55,648 nt of DNA, taken from positions 1-55,648 of IMG/VR virus record IMGVR_UViG_3300012532_000003, one strand, 5' to 3'. The notes beneath the pieces are model-generated. The model was not told where the DNA came from and made no database searches. It saw only the letters and a list, made by a program, of their open reading frames with translations. The position numbers and the translations under genes are program-made. Source of the stretch: a virus. Its lineage: Duplodnaviria > Caudoviricetes. Positions 6,049 to 14,644 of the stretch are shown in pieces. Position 1 is the first letter of the stretch. Every line of letters begins with the position of its first letter.

Positions 6049-7278
6049 TTGAGCACCAGAAAATCATTCGCGAACAACATAGCCAACAGAGCAAAAAGGA
6101 CCGGATGGCCGGTTGTACGGCTAGCTTCAGGAGAGTACGCGATTACCTGCCCGGGAGGACATCCACTCAACGGCGAAACGTGCCCTGGGACAAAAATCCA
6201 AGTGCACTTAACACCATCCGATGTTAACGCCGAAAAAACAGTCATGCGATCTCTTCGCAAGCATGGTTTCTTCGAGGCCGAAATTACGAGGATGAAATTG
6301 CGAAGCGATGACAGTAGAGAGAAAATCATGACAGACCGTCAGCGCACCGAACGTAGGGTGCAAGAAATCACCGACCATGCCAGGATGGTAAACAAAGCTG
6401 CTGGAGCATACGGAACCTCCACGGCTACGTATGACGAAATCCTGGCCCCCCACCCCTCACCAATTACCTACCCAAGGGTGTTAGTTACACCTGAGCTTGC
6501 TACGAAGCTGCTTGAGCTGAACACGAACAACAGGCCACTTCGTAGGGCAGATGTGGACCACTGGAAGTCAATTCTCCTCAACGGCAACTATCACTACACG
6601 CACCAGGGCATTGCCCTCGATGTCAGGCCGGTTCTTCAGGACGGACAAAACCGGCTCAAGGCCATCGAGGAAAGCGGTATCTCGGTGCTGATGATGGTGA
6701 GCGCCGGCATGCCGGTGGCCAACTTCCCAGTGTTGGACGTCCAGCGGCGACGAAACTACACGGACGTCCTCTTCAGGGCCGGGTACCACAACGCGACAAA
6801 GCTCGGCTCGGCCGCCAGGATGCTGTACTTGTACGATCACCGGCTGGTTCTTCCGTGGAACGAGCGGGTTACCAACGAGCAGGTCGAGCAGGTTGTTGCC
6901 GAGTCCGTGCCTCTGTTGGGCAAGGCGGTCAACGTTGGCCACGAGATGTACAAGACGTTCCGAATCATCACAACACCAGCGGCGGTCGGTACCTACCTGC
7001 TGTGGCGTGAGGTTGGCGAGGAACACCCGTTGGTGCAGGAGTACATCTACGGCCTCCGGACCGGTGCGAACATGGACGAGTTCGACTACAGGTTCGCGCT
7101 TCGTCGGCTCGTGTTGAACACCTCCGGGCGTCGTGACCAGGCCGAGCACTTGGCGCTCTTCCTTAAGACATGGCGCCACTTCGCCACCGGAAAGAAGACA
7201 AGCTCAACGCTTCGGGCACTGGTCAAATGGTCAAAGGCTGAGAAGATGCCTGATGTCTACATTCCAGGAAGCGAATAA
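6049..7278 (+). CDS. HicA-like N-terminal domain fused to a ParB-like/DGQHR domain
   Basis: N-term GW.V.....G.Y.I..P.G...TPSD......MRSLRKHGF; central VTPELA..LL..N.NNRPL...GIA.D....LQDGQNRL.AI.ESG. Confidence 0.7.
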   Translation: MSTRKSFANNIANRAKRTGWPVVRLASGEYAITCPGGHPLNGETCPGTKIQVHLTPSDVNAEKTVMRSLRKHGFFEAEITRMKLRSDDSREKIMTDRQRTERRVQEITDHARMVNKAAGAYGTSTATYDEILAPHPSPITYPRVLVTPELATKLLELNTNNRPLRRADVDHWKSILLNGNYHYTHQGIALDVRPVLQDGQNRLKAIEESGISVLMMVSAGMPVANFPVLDVQRRRNYTDVLFRAGYHNATKLGSAARMLYLYDHRLVLPWNERVTNEQVEQVVAESVPLLGKAVNVGHEMYKTFRIITTPAAVGTYLLWREVGEEHPLVQEYIYGLRTGANMDEFDYRFALRRLVLNTSGRRDQAEHLALFLKTWRHFATGKKTSSTLRALVKWSKAEKMPDVYIPGSE

Positions 7279-7288
7279 TTGAATAGGT

Positions 7289-7360
7289 GGCCCTCGTGGA
7301 CTCAACGGAGTCCCCCCGCTCAGGGTATTGGAAGCGTAGGTTCGAGTCCTACCGGGGGCC
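7289..7360 (+). ncRNA. tRNA-like element without a canonical anticodon arm
   Basis: GGCCCTCG/CGGGGGCC acceptor-like stem, GGACTC-AACG-GAGTCC hairpin, perfect T arm GTAGG-TTCGAGT-CCTAC. Confidence 0.7.
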
Positions 7361-7390
7361 CTGGTAAGGCACAGTGAGGTAAGGGTTGAC

Positions 7391-7609
7391 ATGGACACAA
7401 CGGTAGAGTTGCACGTGAAGGAGGCGGCAGATAGATGGCGTAACCTCGTAGATCAACAGCAGGCCGCTAGACGCGAGTTACGACATGCTATCATTAAAAC
7501 ACTACTCAACAACTACTCAATGACTACAATTTCAGATTTAACCTCAATAAATCGAACAACGTTATACTACATTATTTGGGGAAAGAAGGGTCGAAATATA
7601 GGAGAATAA
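7391..7609 (+). CDS. Small helix-turn-helix DNA-binding protein
   Basis: SMTTISDLTSINRTTLYYII HTH pattern. Confidence 0.7.
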   Translation: MDTTVELHVKEAADRWRNLVDQQQAARRELRHAIIKTLLNNYSMTTISDLTSINRTTLYYIIWGKKGRNIGE

Positions 7610-8070
7610 TGACAGGAAAAGCTCAAGCTCAAATCGAGCAAATATACTCCTATATGGATCAGAACAGCGAGATAATAGAGAATCCCAATGTCGTAGATGA
7701 TTTTATTGGCAAACCAATCCAGGTTTGGAAAGGCTTCACCAGAGACATCTCGACGGCATTGGGATACACTAACCCGGTAACCAGCAAGGCAGTGCGAAAT
7801 CTCACCATAGTTGGTTGCATTAGTCTCATTCGACATGGCGCGGCCGGAACCCCAAGCACATATCAAATGCTACGACAACCAACGTACGATGAGTATGCTA
7901 AGCTCCAAGAACGATCTACTACCATTGATCGGGAAAGAGCACCAACTCCCTGGCAGATAACCCAAGACTCCATAAACAGGCTCCATACCCTGGTACGAGA
8001 CCTAGAGCGAAGGGTGGATAGACTAGAAAATGTCGCGAAAAGTCCTGAAGTACGTGATATTGGCAAATGA
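7609..8070 (+). CDS. Putative winged-helix protein with C-terminal coiled coil
   Basis: GGAG RBS and TAATG coupling; helix-turn-helix-wing-like segment; LVRDLERRVDRLE. Confidence 0.6.
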   Translation: MTGKAQAQIEQIYSYMDQNSEIIENPNVVDDFIGKPIQVWKGFTRDISTALGYTNPVTSKAVRNLTIVGCISLIRHGAAGTPSTYQMLRQPTYDEYAKLQERSTTIDRERAPTPWQITQDSINRLHTLVRDLERRVDRLENVAKSPEVRDIGK

Positions 8071-8302
8071 TGAAGAGTCAACTGTCGCGTTTTCCGGGAA
8101 GATTCTCCATGTTGCTCCGGCGAACCACAACCTGATCGAAATTTACGCCGAGCAGGACGATGAACAACCAGAACAAAATCACACTTTTCGAGTTCTAGGC
8201 ACTGGGCACGACGTCCCGTTTGGAAGCTCTCACGTTCAGTCGGTACGGTCATCTATGGGCGTTATCTTCCACCTCTACGAATTGGACTACTCAGATGGTT
8301 GA
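8030..8302 (+). CDS. Conserved-type phage hypothetical protein
   Basis: RKVLKY...ILHVA...IYAE...FRVLGTGH...VIFHLYE pattern. Confidence 0.75.
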   Translation: MSRKVLKYVILANDEESTVAFSGKILHVAPANHNLIEIYAEQDDEQPEQNHTFRVLGTGHDVPFGSSHVQSVRSSMGVIFHLYELDYSDG

Positions 8303-8582
8303 TTCCTCCTTCGAGGAAGCTCGAAGATGCCCAAAATGTGAGCAGCCAGGAAGGACCGTGACCAACAGGCCAATGCAAGGTGGGTCTAACATGCTCACCA
8401 TCCTCTGCGAAAATAAGAAATGTCGATGGTTCAACACGCCTTGGGTTGTACAAATCATGCCGGACGGCACGGTGGCCAAACCACAAGGACACGACAAGTT
8501 TTTTCGTGAGATACCAGATCGTACCGAAGAGGTGCGAGCAGCCATTGATAGAGACCTAAGACGACAAACCGGACAAGAGTAA
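8295..8582 (+). CDS. Zn-ribbon hypothetical protein
   Basis: CPKC...CENKKC; ATG 8295 overlaps the upstream gene end. Confidence 0.7.
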   Translation: MVDSSFEEARRCPKCEQPGRTVTNRPMQGGSNMLTILCENKKCRWFNTPWVVQIMPDGTVAKPQGHDKFFREIPDRTEEVRAAIDRDLRRQTGQE

Positions 8583-8663
8583 AACTCAACAGCACTGAGT
8601 TCCCGGCCCTTTGGCTACTAAGTTTGGAACACAAAATGTTCCGACAACGTAGCGAAGGGCCGA

Positions 8664-11621
8664 ATGTTTTCTCTGTACCCATTCCAGGAAGAAGCGGTCG
8701 ATTTTCTCTGGGACAAGAAGGCGGTTCTTCTAGGGGACGATATGGGCCTCGGAAAGGCCCAGCCATTATCTGAACCAGTACTAACACCAACAGGATGGAC
8801 AGAAATTGGAAAACTAAGTGTTGGTGACTATGTTATTGGATCGAATGGAAAGCCAACTAAGGTCAACGGAGTTTACCTACAAGGAACTAGACCAATATGT
8901 GAAGTTTGGTTTAGTGATGACACTTTTGTTCGTTGCGACATTGACCATTTATGGTCAGTTATTACACCGAACAACAAGCGAAGAGGTAAGCCATATGAAA
9001 CAATCTCAACTAGAGAAATGATAAGGTTAGGACTAAAGAGTTCGTCGGGAAACAATAGGTACTACGTGCCAAATGTTGAACCAGTACAATTCATACAAAG
9101 TGACATTTCACTTGATCCATATTTGGTTGGTGTGTTCATAGGAAACGGTTGTCTATCACACGGTACATACCTATCAACTGACCATGATATTGTGAGTTCG
9201 TTAATAATACCAAACGGCGTGACATTTAGGTTAGAAAAGGATAACGGATACTCTGGCGACTATCGTTTCAGTGGAATAGTAAGACACTTACGTGAACTTG
9301 GGTTAATGAACAAAAAAGCAGAAGAAAAACACATACCAATCCAATACAAGTGGGGAGACATAGAGACTAGATACGCTTGCTTACAGGGAATTCTAGATAC
9401 AGATGGAAGTATAGTAAAAAGTAGAGGTAAACCAGCCACAACGGTAGAGTATAGCACAGTAAGTAAGCAGCTATCCGAGGATGTTGAACACATTGTTAGG
9501 TCATTAGGAGGAAAAAAAGTCACAAAGATTCCAAAGTATAAAGGAGAAACGAGAACAGGTCAACTGTTTTACCGAATGACATTAAGCTTACCAACACCAT
9601 TTGTACCATTCCGACTTAAACGCAAGTTGGACAACTGGATCCATAGATCGAAATATGAACCAGTTCGAGCCATTAAAGCCATTCAGTACATCGGTTATGA
9701 ACCATGCGTTTGCATTTCAGTTGAAGCTAATGACTGCCTATATGTTACAAGAAGCTTTACGCTAACCCACAACACAGTGACCGCCATTGCCCTTGATCGT
9801 AGAAGACGAGAAAAACAACCGAACCTAGTTGAAAAGCCAAAAACGTTAGTTGTTACCTACCTTGGCATTTTCTCCTCCTGGCTGAGCCACTTCGAAGACT
9901 GGGCGCCGGATCTCCGGGTCATGGCCATCAACAGCAAGGACCGAACGCCGTTCTTGGAGTCCATAAAGAACAACGAAGCGGATGTTTTCGTCTGTCACTG
10001 GCAGTCGTTACGGTTGCTCCCAGAGTTGGTTAACACAACGTGGTTCCATATTATTGCAGACGAATGCGTTATAGCCGGAACAAGAATAAGCACACCCAAA
10101 GGTTTACAAAATATCGAGGATTTGCAAAACGACGATGTTGTTTACGGATATGATCATAAACAGCAAAAAGTTGTTGAAACAACTGTGAAACACACGTTCA
10201 GCAGAACTACAAGATCACAACTTTTCAAGATAAATAGTACTGTTATGACTGGTAACCATCCAGTTTGGACCAACGAATCGAACTACATCAATGCTTCGGC
10301 ACTGAACAGCATGGAGCACACGCTGTTAAGATTGACAAATGGAAACAGTGACGTTGACTTGCGAATTGTGCCTGAACCAATTTCATTACATGATAGACAT
10401 AGCAAACCAGGAATTGAAAATAGCAATAGAAGTAGATGGTTCGGCACACCTTTTGACGAGCAGGAAACAAATAGACCAAGAGAAGGACAAATATTTAATC
10501 TCCAACGGATGGACAGTGTTTCGATTCACGAACCTCGAAGTTATGACAAACCCAAAGTTATGCGCACAGAAGGTATTCGAGTATATAACATCGAGACGGG
10601 AACAGGAAACTATTTCGCCAACGGAATTCTAGTGCACAATTGCCATGCACTACAAAACAGGAAGTCAAAACAAAGTGTAGCACTTAAATTACTCAAGACC
10701 TGTTTCAAAACTGGACTGTCCGGAACGCCGGCCTTCGACAAGCCGGACGACCTCTGGAGCATTCTTAACTGGCTGTACCCGGACTTCTGGTCGTCGTACT
10801 GGCGTTATTACAACCGCCACATTTTGTACGTTGAGAACAGCGGGTACCGAGTAATCGTCGGCGTGAGCCACGCCAAAGAGCTGCAAGAACAAATGAGCGG
10901 CTTCTACGTTCGTCGCCGCAAAGAGGAAGTGCTCAAAGAGCTACCCGACAAGTACTACAGTACAATTGAGGTAGACCTACACCCAAGACAGATGCGCGTT
11001 TACGAACAGATGCGCAAAGACATGATAGCTTGGGTGGGCGAGCATGAAGATGAGCCGGTTGACGCTCCGGTTATTATTGCACAGCTCACCAGGCTGCAAC
11101 AGTTTGCCAGCGCGTACGGCGAGATCGATCAGGAAACGAACCGGATGGTGCTCTCTGAGCCATCGGCAAAACTCACTGCCGTTATGGATCTCATTGAGTC
11201 CACCGATGAGCCAGTCGTTATCTTCAGTCAATTTGCTCAGGTCATTCGCCTTTTGCAAAAGAGGCTTGAAAAAGCCAGTATATCTCATGGCATCTTCATT
11301 GGCGATACCTCACCAGAAAAACGTTCCAGAATCATTGAAGACTTTCAGAATCAAAAAATTCAGGTGTTTGCCGGGACCATCAGCGCTGGCGGCATTGGTA
11401 TTACTCTTACCGCCTCCTCAACCGTGGTGTTCACTGACAGATCCTGGTCGGCTAGCCTTAACCGGCAGGCTGCCGACAGGCTCCACAGGGTGGGGCAGAA
11501 GAACGCGGTGCATGTGATTGACATCATTGCCAGAGACACCATTGATGCTAAACGAATCGAACACATCAACCTGAAGTGGAGCTGGATTCGCGAGCTGCTT
11601 GGCGAGGAAGACTACGACTGA
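8664..11621 (+). CDS. SNF2-family DNA helicase with two inteins
   Basis: LYPFQ, DDMGLGK|T, IIADE|CH, GLSGTP, VIFSQF, GITLTAS, QAADRLHRVGQ. Confidence 0.95.
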   Translation: MFSLYPFQEEAVDFLWDKKAVLLGDDMGLGKAQPLSEPVLTPTGWTEIGKLSVGDYVIGSNGKPTKVNGVYLQGTRPICEVWFSDDTFVRCDIDHLWSVITPNNKRRGKPYETISTREMIRLGLKSSSGNNRYYVPNVEPVQFIQSDISLDPYLVGVFIGNGCLSHGTYLSTDHDIVSSLIIPNGVTFRLEKDNGYSGDYRFSGIVRHLRELGLMNKKAEEKHIPIQYKWGDIETRYACLQGILDTDGSIVKSRGKPATTVEYSTVSKQLSEDVEHIVRSLGGKKVTKIPKYKGETRTGQLFYRMTLSLPTPFVPFRLKRKLDNWIHRSKYEPVRAIKAIQYIGYEPCVCISVEANDCLYVTRSFTLTHNTVTAIALDRRRREKQPNLVEKPKTLVVTYLGIFSSWLSHFEDWAPDLRVMAINSKDRTPFLESIKNNEADVFVCHWQSLRLLPELVNTTWFHIIADECVIAGTRISTPKGLQNIEDLQNDDVVYGYDHKQQKVVETTVKHTFSRTTRSQLFKINSTVMTGNHPVWTNESNYINASALNSMEHTLLRLTNGNSDVDLRIVPEPISLHDRHSKPGIENSNRSRWFGTPFDEQETNRPREGQIFNLQRMDSVSIHEPRSYDKPKVMRTEGIRVYNIETGTGNYFANGILVHNCHALQNRKSKQSVALKLLKTCFKTGLSGTPAFDKPDDLWSILNWLYPDFWSSYWRYYNRHILYVENSGYRVIVGVSHAKELQEQMSGFYVRRRKEEVLKELPDKYYSTIEVDLHPRQMRVYEQMRKDMIAWVGEHEDEPVDAPVIIAQLTRLQQFASAYGEIDQETNRMVLSEPSAKLTAVMDLIESTDEPVVIFSQFAQVIRLLQKRLEKASISHGIFIGDTSPEKRSRIIEDFQNQKIQVFAGTISAGGIGITLTASSTVVFTDRSWSASLNRQAADRLHRVGQKNAVHVIDIIARDTIDAKRIEHINLKWSWIRELLGEEDYD
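8757..9773 (+). mobile_element. Class 3-type intein (339 aa) with LAGLIDADG endonuclease, in Walker A
   Basis: Starts AQPL (Ala1), ends LTHN/T; W in block B (DHLW), C in block F (CVCISV); VGVFIGNG and LQGILDTDG. Confidence 0.92.
10065..10640 (+). mobile_element. Intein (192 aa) in Walker B, no in-frame endonuclease
   Basis: CVIAGTRISTPKG...MTGNHPVW...VYNIETGTGNYFANGILVHN/C. Confidence 0.92.
10339..10632 (+). CDS. DUF559/Vsr-like endonuclease overprinted in the +1 frame of the intein
   Basis: YMIDIAN.ELKIAIEVDGSAH...DQEKDKYLISNGWTVFRFTNLEV. Confidence 0.8.
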   Translation: METVTLTCELCLNQFHYMIDIANQELKIAIEVDGSAHLLTSRKQIDQEKDKYLISNGWTVFRFTNLEVMTNPKLCAQKVFEYITSRREQETISPTEF

Positions 11622-11633
11622 CGGAGGATTGTA

Positions 11634-12197
11634 ATGTATCACGGAGTCCGACGCGCTGGTAACCGTGGCAAACACCGACGTGGCAGTAACCGAATGTTCC
11701 CAAGAATACTCTTTACCGTGGTCATTATCCTAGCATCTTACGGCCTAACCGCCGGAAAACTCACCGAAATAACAATCAACAAACCAGGAGCCATCGAGCT
11801 ACCACCAGACCAGACACCACCATCGATGCCACCAAGGGTTAAAGCTGTCCGCTTTGAAGTGACGGAAACGATAACGGAGACACTACCTGTGTTAAACACT
11901 AAAGAAGAATGCCAAGAATGCGCTGACCTTAAAGAGACCCCAGTTTTTCTCGCAACCATGGCTAAAATTTCAAAAACAAACCCAACGGTGGTAACCGCGC
12001 GCTACCACAAGAACGGCCACACTCCATGGATCTACGAGGCTGGAGCATTGAATAATGGACGAGCAAGAGGTAGAGCTGGAACTGCTCACGCCCGCCCAAG
12101 TGGGGGAGTTGTTCGGAGTCAACGCAAAGACGGTGTCGAGATGGGCGAGCAGCAATCCGCCGAAAATAGACTACGTGCTGACGCCAGGCGGCCATAA
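11634..12197 (+). CDS. Membrane/secreted hypothetical protein; 3' end uncertain
   Basis: GGAGG RBS; GKHRR followed by a hydrophobic helix; last 143 nt overlap the next gene. Confidence 0.55.
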   Translation: MYHGVRRAGNRGKHRRGSNRMFPRILFTVVIILASYGLTAGKLTEITINKPGAIELPPDQTPPSMPPRVKAVRFEVTETITETLPVLNTKEECQECADLKETPVFLATMAKISKTNPTVVTARYHKNGHTPWIYEAGALNNGRARGRAGTAHARPSGGVVRSQRKDGVEMGEQQSAENRLRADARRP

Positions 12198-12303
12198 GAG
12201 ATATGTGAAGTCTTCGGTTGAAGCATTGTTCGACAAGGTCAATCCCATTTCCGACCAGACCGTCGAGGTAGTTGTCTCGGAAAATCCGGAAGTTATCGAA
12301 TGA
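12055..12303 (+). CDS. BldC-family MerR-like winged HTH regulator
   Basis: LLTPAQVGELFGVNAKTVSRWA...TPGGHKRY...VEALF; GGAG RBS. Confidence 0.88.
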   Translation: MDEQEVELELLTPAQVGELFGVNAKTVSRWASSNPPKIDYVLTPGGHKRYVKSSVEALFDKVNPISDQTVEVVVSENPEVIE

Positions 12304-13562
12304 CTCCGGAAGAGTACCTTGAGCTTGGGCTCACTCATTCTATCCACACGTCCGCCCGACGGTCGTTTAGAAGCTGCCGTCGCCGTTGGGACTGGGCGTA
12401 TCGACAAATGTATTATCCAAAGGTGGAAGCAGCTCCTTTGGAGTTCGGTGTCGCTTTCCATAAGGCTATGGAGGCGTTCTATGAGCCGTCGCTATGGGCT
12501 AACCCTGACCACTTCATCATAGGTCAAGGGTTGGCCCTCGTTGCGTTTAGACAGACCTGCGAAGCGCAACTAAAAAAATACAAACGGTTGAATGGCGACC
12601 CTGATGTAACGGTTATTGATGAATACAAAGAGCGGGTCAAGCTCGGTCTGAACATGATCCGCTACTACACCGAACGAATGAGCACACAGTACGACAAGGG
12701 ATTTACCCCGGTACGGGTCGAGGTGCCCTTCGAAGTCTTGATCAAGTCACCACAGGGGGCACCGCTGTGGTGCAAATGCGACTCGTGCTGGCAGAGGTTT
12801 TGCAACGGAAACACCATCAAGAAAATCGTAAAGTCAGATCCATCGCTCACATGGAACAACCTTTTTGTAAACCATCCCGAACTTTACCGAACTTCAGCGT
12901 GGGATGGCCTACCAGTGACCTACGGTGGGCGGCTCGACGCGCTGGTACAGGATGACATTGGTAGATACTGGATTGTGGATTTCAAAACAACTTCTCGAAT
13001 ATTGGATGAAGATGCCGAAGCATCGTTCTTACAACTTGATGATCAGATAGGAAGTTACTGCTGGTCTTTACGGGAAGTTGGGATACCTACTGCTGGCTTT
13101 ATCTATATCGAGATCAAGAAGGCGTATCCTCAACCTCCGGAAGAGCTATCGAGACTTTACAAGGGGCGGAAATACTCGACGAACAAACAGTTCCTAACAA
13201 CATACGACATCTTCCATGACCACGTGATTCTTTACGATCACGATGCCTACGCCACCGGGCTTTATGACGACCATCTTGCCTGGCTTAAGGCTGAAGGTCC
13301 AAAGTTCCATCAGCGCCACCAAATCCACAAAAACGACCACGAGCTTGACGAAATCGGTCATAACATTTGGCTAGAGGCCCAAGACATTCTGCAAAACCCA
13401 AGAGTTTATCCACAACCAGGTCGATTCTCCTGTACGACGTGCTTGTACCGACAGCCATGTCTTGGGGTGAACATGGGTGAAGACTATCAGTGGACACTAG
13501 ACACACTCTTTGAGAGACGTGACAGGCACTACTGGGAGGACGGTCCCCCCTCGACAGAGTAA
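12300..13562 (+). CDS. Cas4/RecB-like PD-(D/E)XK exonuclease
   Basis: SCRRRW, FG.AFH.AME, GRLDALV, IVDFKT, QIGSY, C-terminal CTTCLYRQPC. Confidence 0.9.
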   Translation: MTPEEYLELGLTHSIHTSARRSFRSCRRRWDWAYRQMYYPKVEAAPLEFGVAFHKAMEAFYEPSLWANPDHFIIGQGLALVAFRQTCEAQLKKYKRLNGDPDVTVIDEYKERVKLGLNMIRYYTERMSTQYDKGFTPVRVEVPFEVLIKSPQGAPLWCKCDSCWQRFCNGNTIKKIVKSDPSLTWNNLFVNHPELYRTSAWDGLPVTYGGRLDALVQDDIGRYWIVDFKTTSRILDEDAEASFLQLDDQIGSYCWSLREVGIPTAGFIYIEIKKAYPQPPEELSRLYKGRKYSTNKQFLTTYDIFHDHVILYDHDAYATGLYDDHLAWLKAEGPKFHQRHQIHKNDHELDEIGHNIWLEAQDILQNPRVYPQPGRFSCTTCLYRQPCLGVNMGEDYQWTLDTLFERRDRHYWEDGPPSTE

Positions 13563-13729
13563 GACTGGGAGCAAATTAGGGCGGAATGGTCGTACACCAT
13601 GGACAGACTTACCGTTGGCATAGATACACAATGCATTGTTTTCGGGTTCGGCATCCACTGGTGCACCCTTAAAGGAATAACTCTAAATTTAGGAATATTT
13701 AATCTGAGCTATTATTGGGGAAAGTTCTC

Positions 13730-14167
13730 GTGACTAGTGTAGGGTTCACCGGCTCAAGGGCTGGGGTGAACCAAATACAGACAATATTGATCTCTCGAAT
13801 CTTTGTTCAACTGTACGGCCTAGGGGCAGAGCTTCACCAAGGCGTTTGTATTGGCGCTGATGCCTATGCAGCCCGAAAAGCCAAGTACATTGGATATAAG
13901 GTCGTTGGCCATCCGGCGACCACTACAAGGTTTCTTTCAACCTCAACTCTCATGATATGCGACGAAGTACGCCCGGCGAAGGAACCGATCGACCGCAACC
14001 ACGATATAGTGGATGAGTCGGTAGTTCTGGTCGGCGCGCCTGGTACGATGGAAGAGGTTCTTAGGTCAGGAACGTGGGCCACCATCCGATACGCAAGAAA
14101 AAAGGGGAAGCGGATTTACCTTGTTCTCCCAAACGGTACAATCAAATGCGAGAACTGTGACGAGTAG
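13730..14167 (+). CDS. SLOG-superfamily (DprA/YspA-like) protein
   Basis: VGFTGSR, HQGVCIGAD, RNHDIVD, SGTWATIRYARKKGK. Confidence 0.8.
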   Translation: MTSVGFTGSRAGVNQIQTILISRIFVQLYGLGAELHQGVCIGADAYAARKAKYIGYKVVGHPATTTRFLSTSTLMICDEVRPAKEPIDRNHDIVDESVVLVGAPGTMEEVLRSGTWATIRYARKKGKRIYLVLPNGTIKCENCDE

Positions 14168-14483
14168 GGTTCAAGCCTACTCAATTCTCGTCCATCATGC
14201 GCTCAACGAGCTGTACTACCAGCATACCTGCTGCCTGCGCTGTTGCGCACCCTGTGCTGTATTAAAGTATCTCGATGAGGAAGGCATACTCAACGAGGTT
14301 GTCAAGCTCTGGGAAACATACAGTGATGGCACTCCTGTCCTAAAGGAAAAAGACCCAGCGTGGTGGGTCAACGGCGAGGTCGATCGTGATTGGCTGTATA
14401 GCTCGTGGCGCGACTGCGTATACCACTACTCTTACCGACCAAAACGAAGAGTAATTAGCGTTGAGTTACCGGATCAGTTGTAA
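14157..14483 (+). CDS. Hypothetical protein (CC..CC.PC)
   Basis: GTG start overlapping the upstream gene; fills the operon gap. Confidence 0.6.
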   Translation: MTSRVQAYSILVHHALNELYYQHTCCLRCCAPCAVLKYLDEEGILNEVVKLWETYSDGTPVLKEKDPAWWVNGEVDRDWLYSSWRDCVYHYSYRPKRRVISVELPDQL

Positions 14484-14576
14484 CACAAATCCGACGGGCG
14501 AATTTTACCTTTGTCCATGGCCTTTGTCCAAGACCATTTCCGACTTGGGCGATATTCACCAGCGTCATCCCGCTTC

Positions 14577-14606
14577 TTGACATGCAACAGCTCTCCCTGG
14601 TAAGCT
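14577..14606 (+). promoter_or_regulatory. Housekeeping-sigma promoter for recombination/replication genes
   Basis: TTGACA-18 nt-TAAGCT in an intergenic gap; same hexamers as the rsr promoter. Confidence 0.7.
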
Positions 14607-14644
14607 AGTCCTCTCAATCAATCCACAAAGAGAACAGAGGACTG

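Noticed and set aside
7313-7335. Possible selenocysteine or opal-suppressor anticodon (TCA) in the tRNA-like element
   Set aside because: TCA is not centred in a 7-nt loop on a 5-bp stem, and there is no long variable arm
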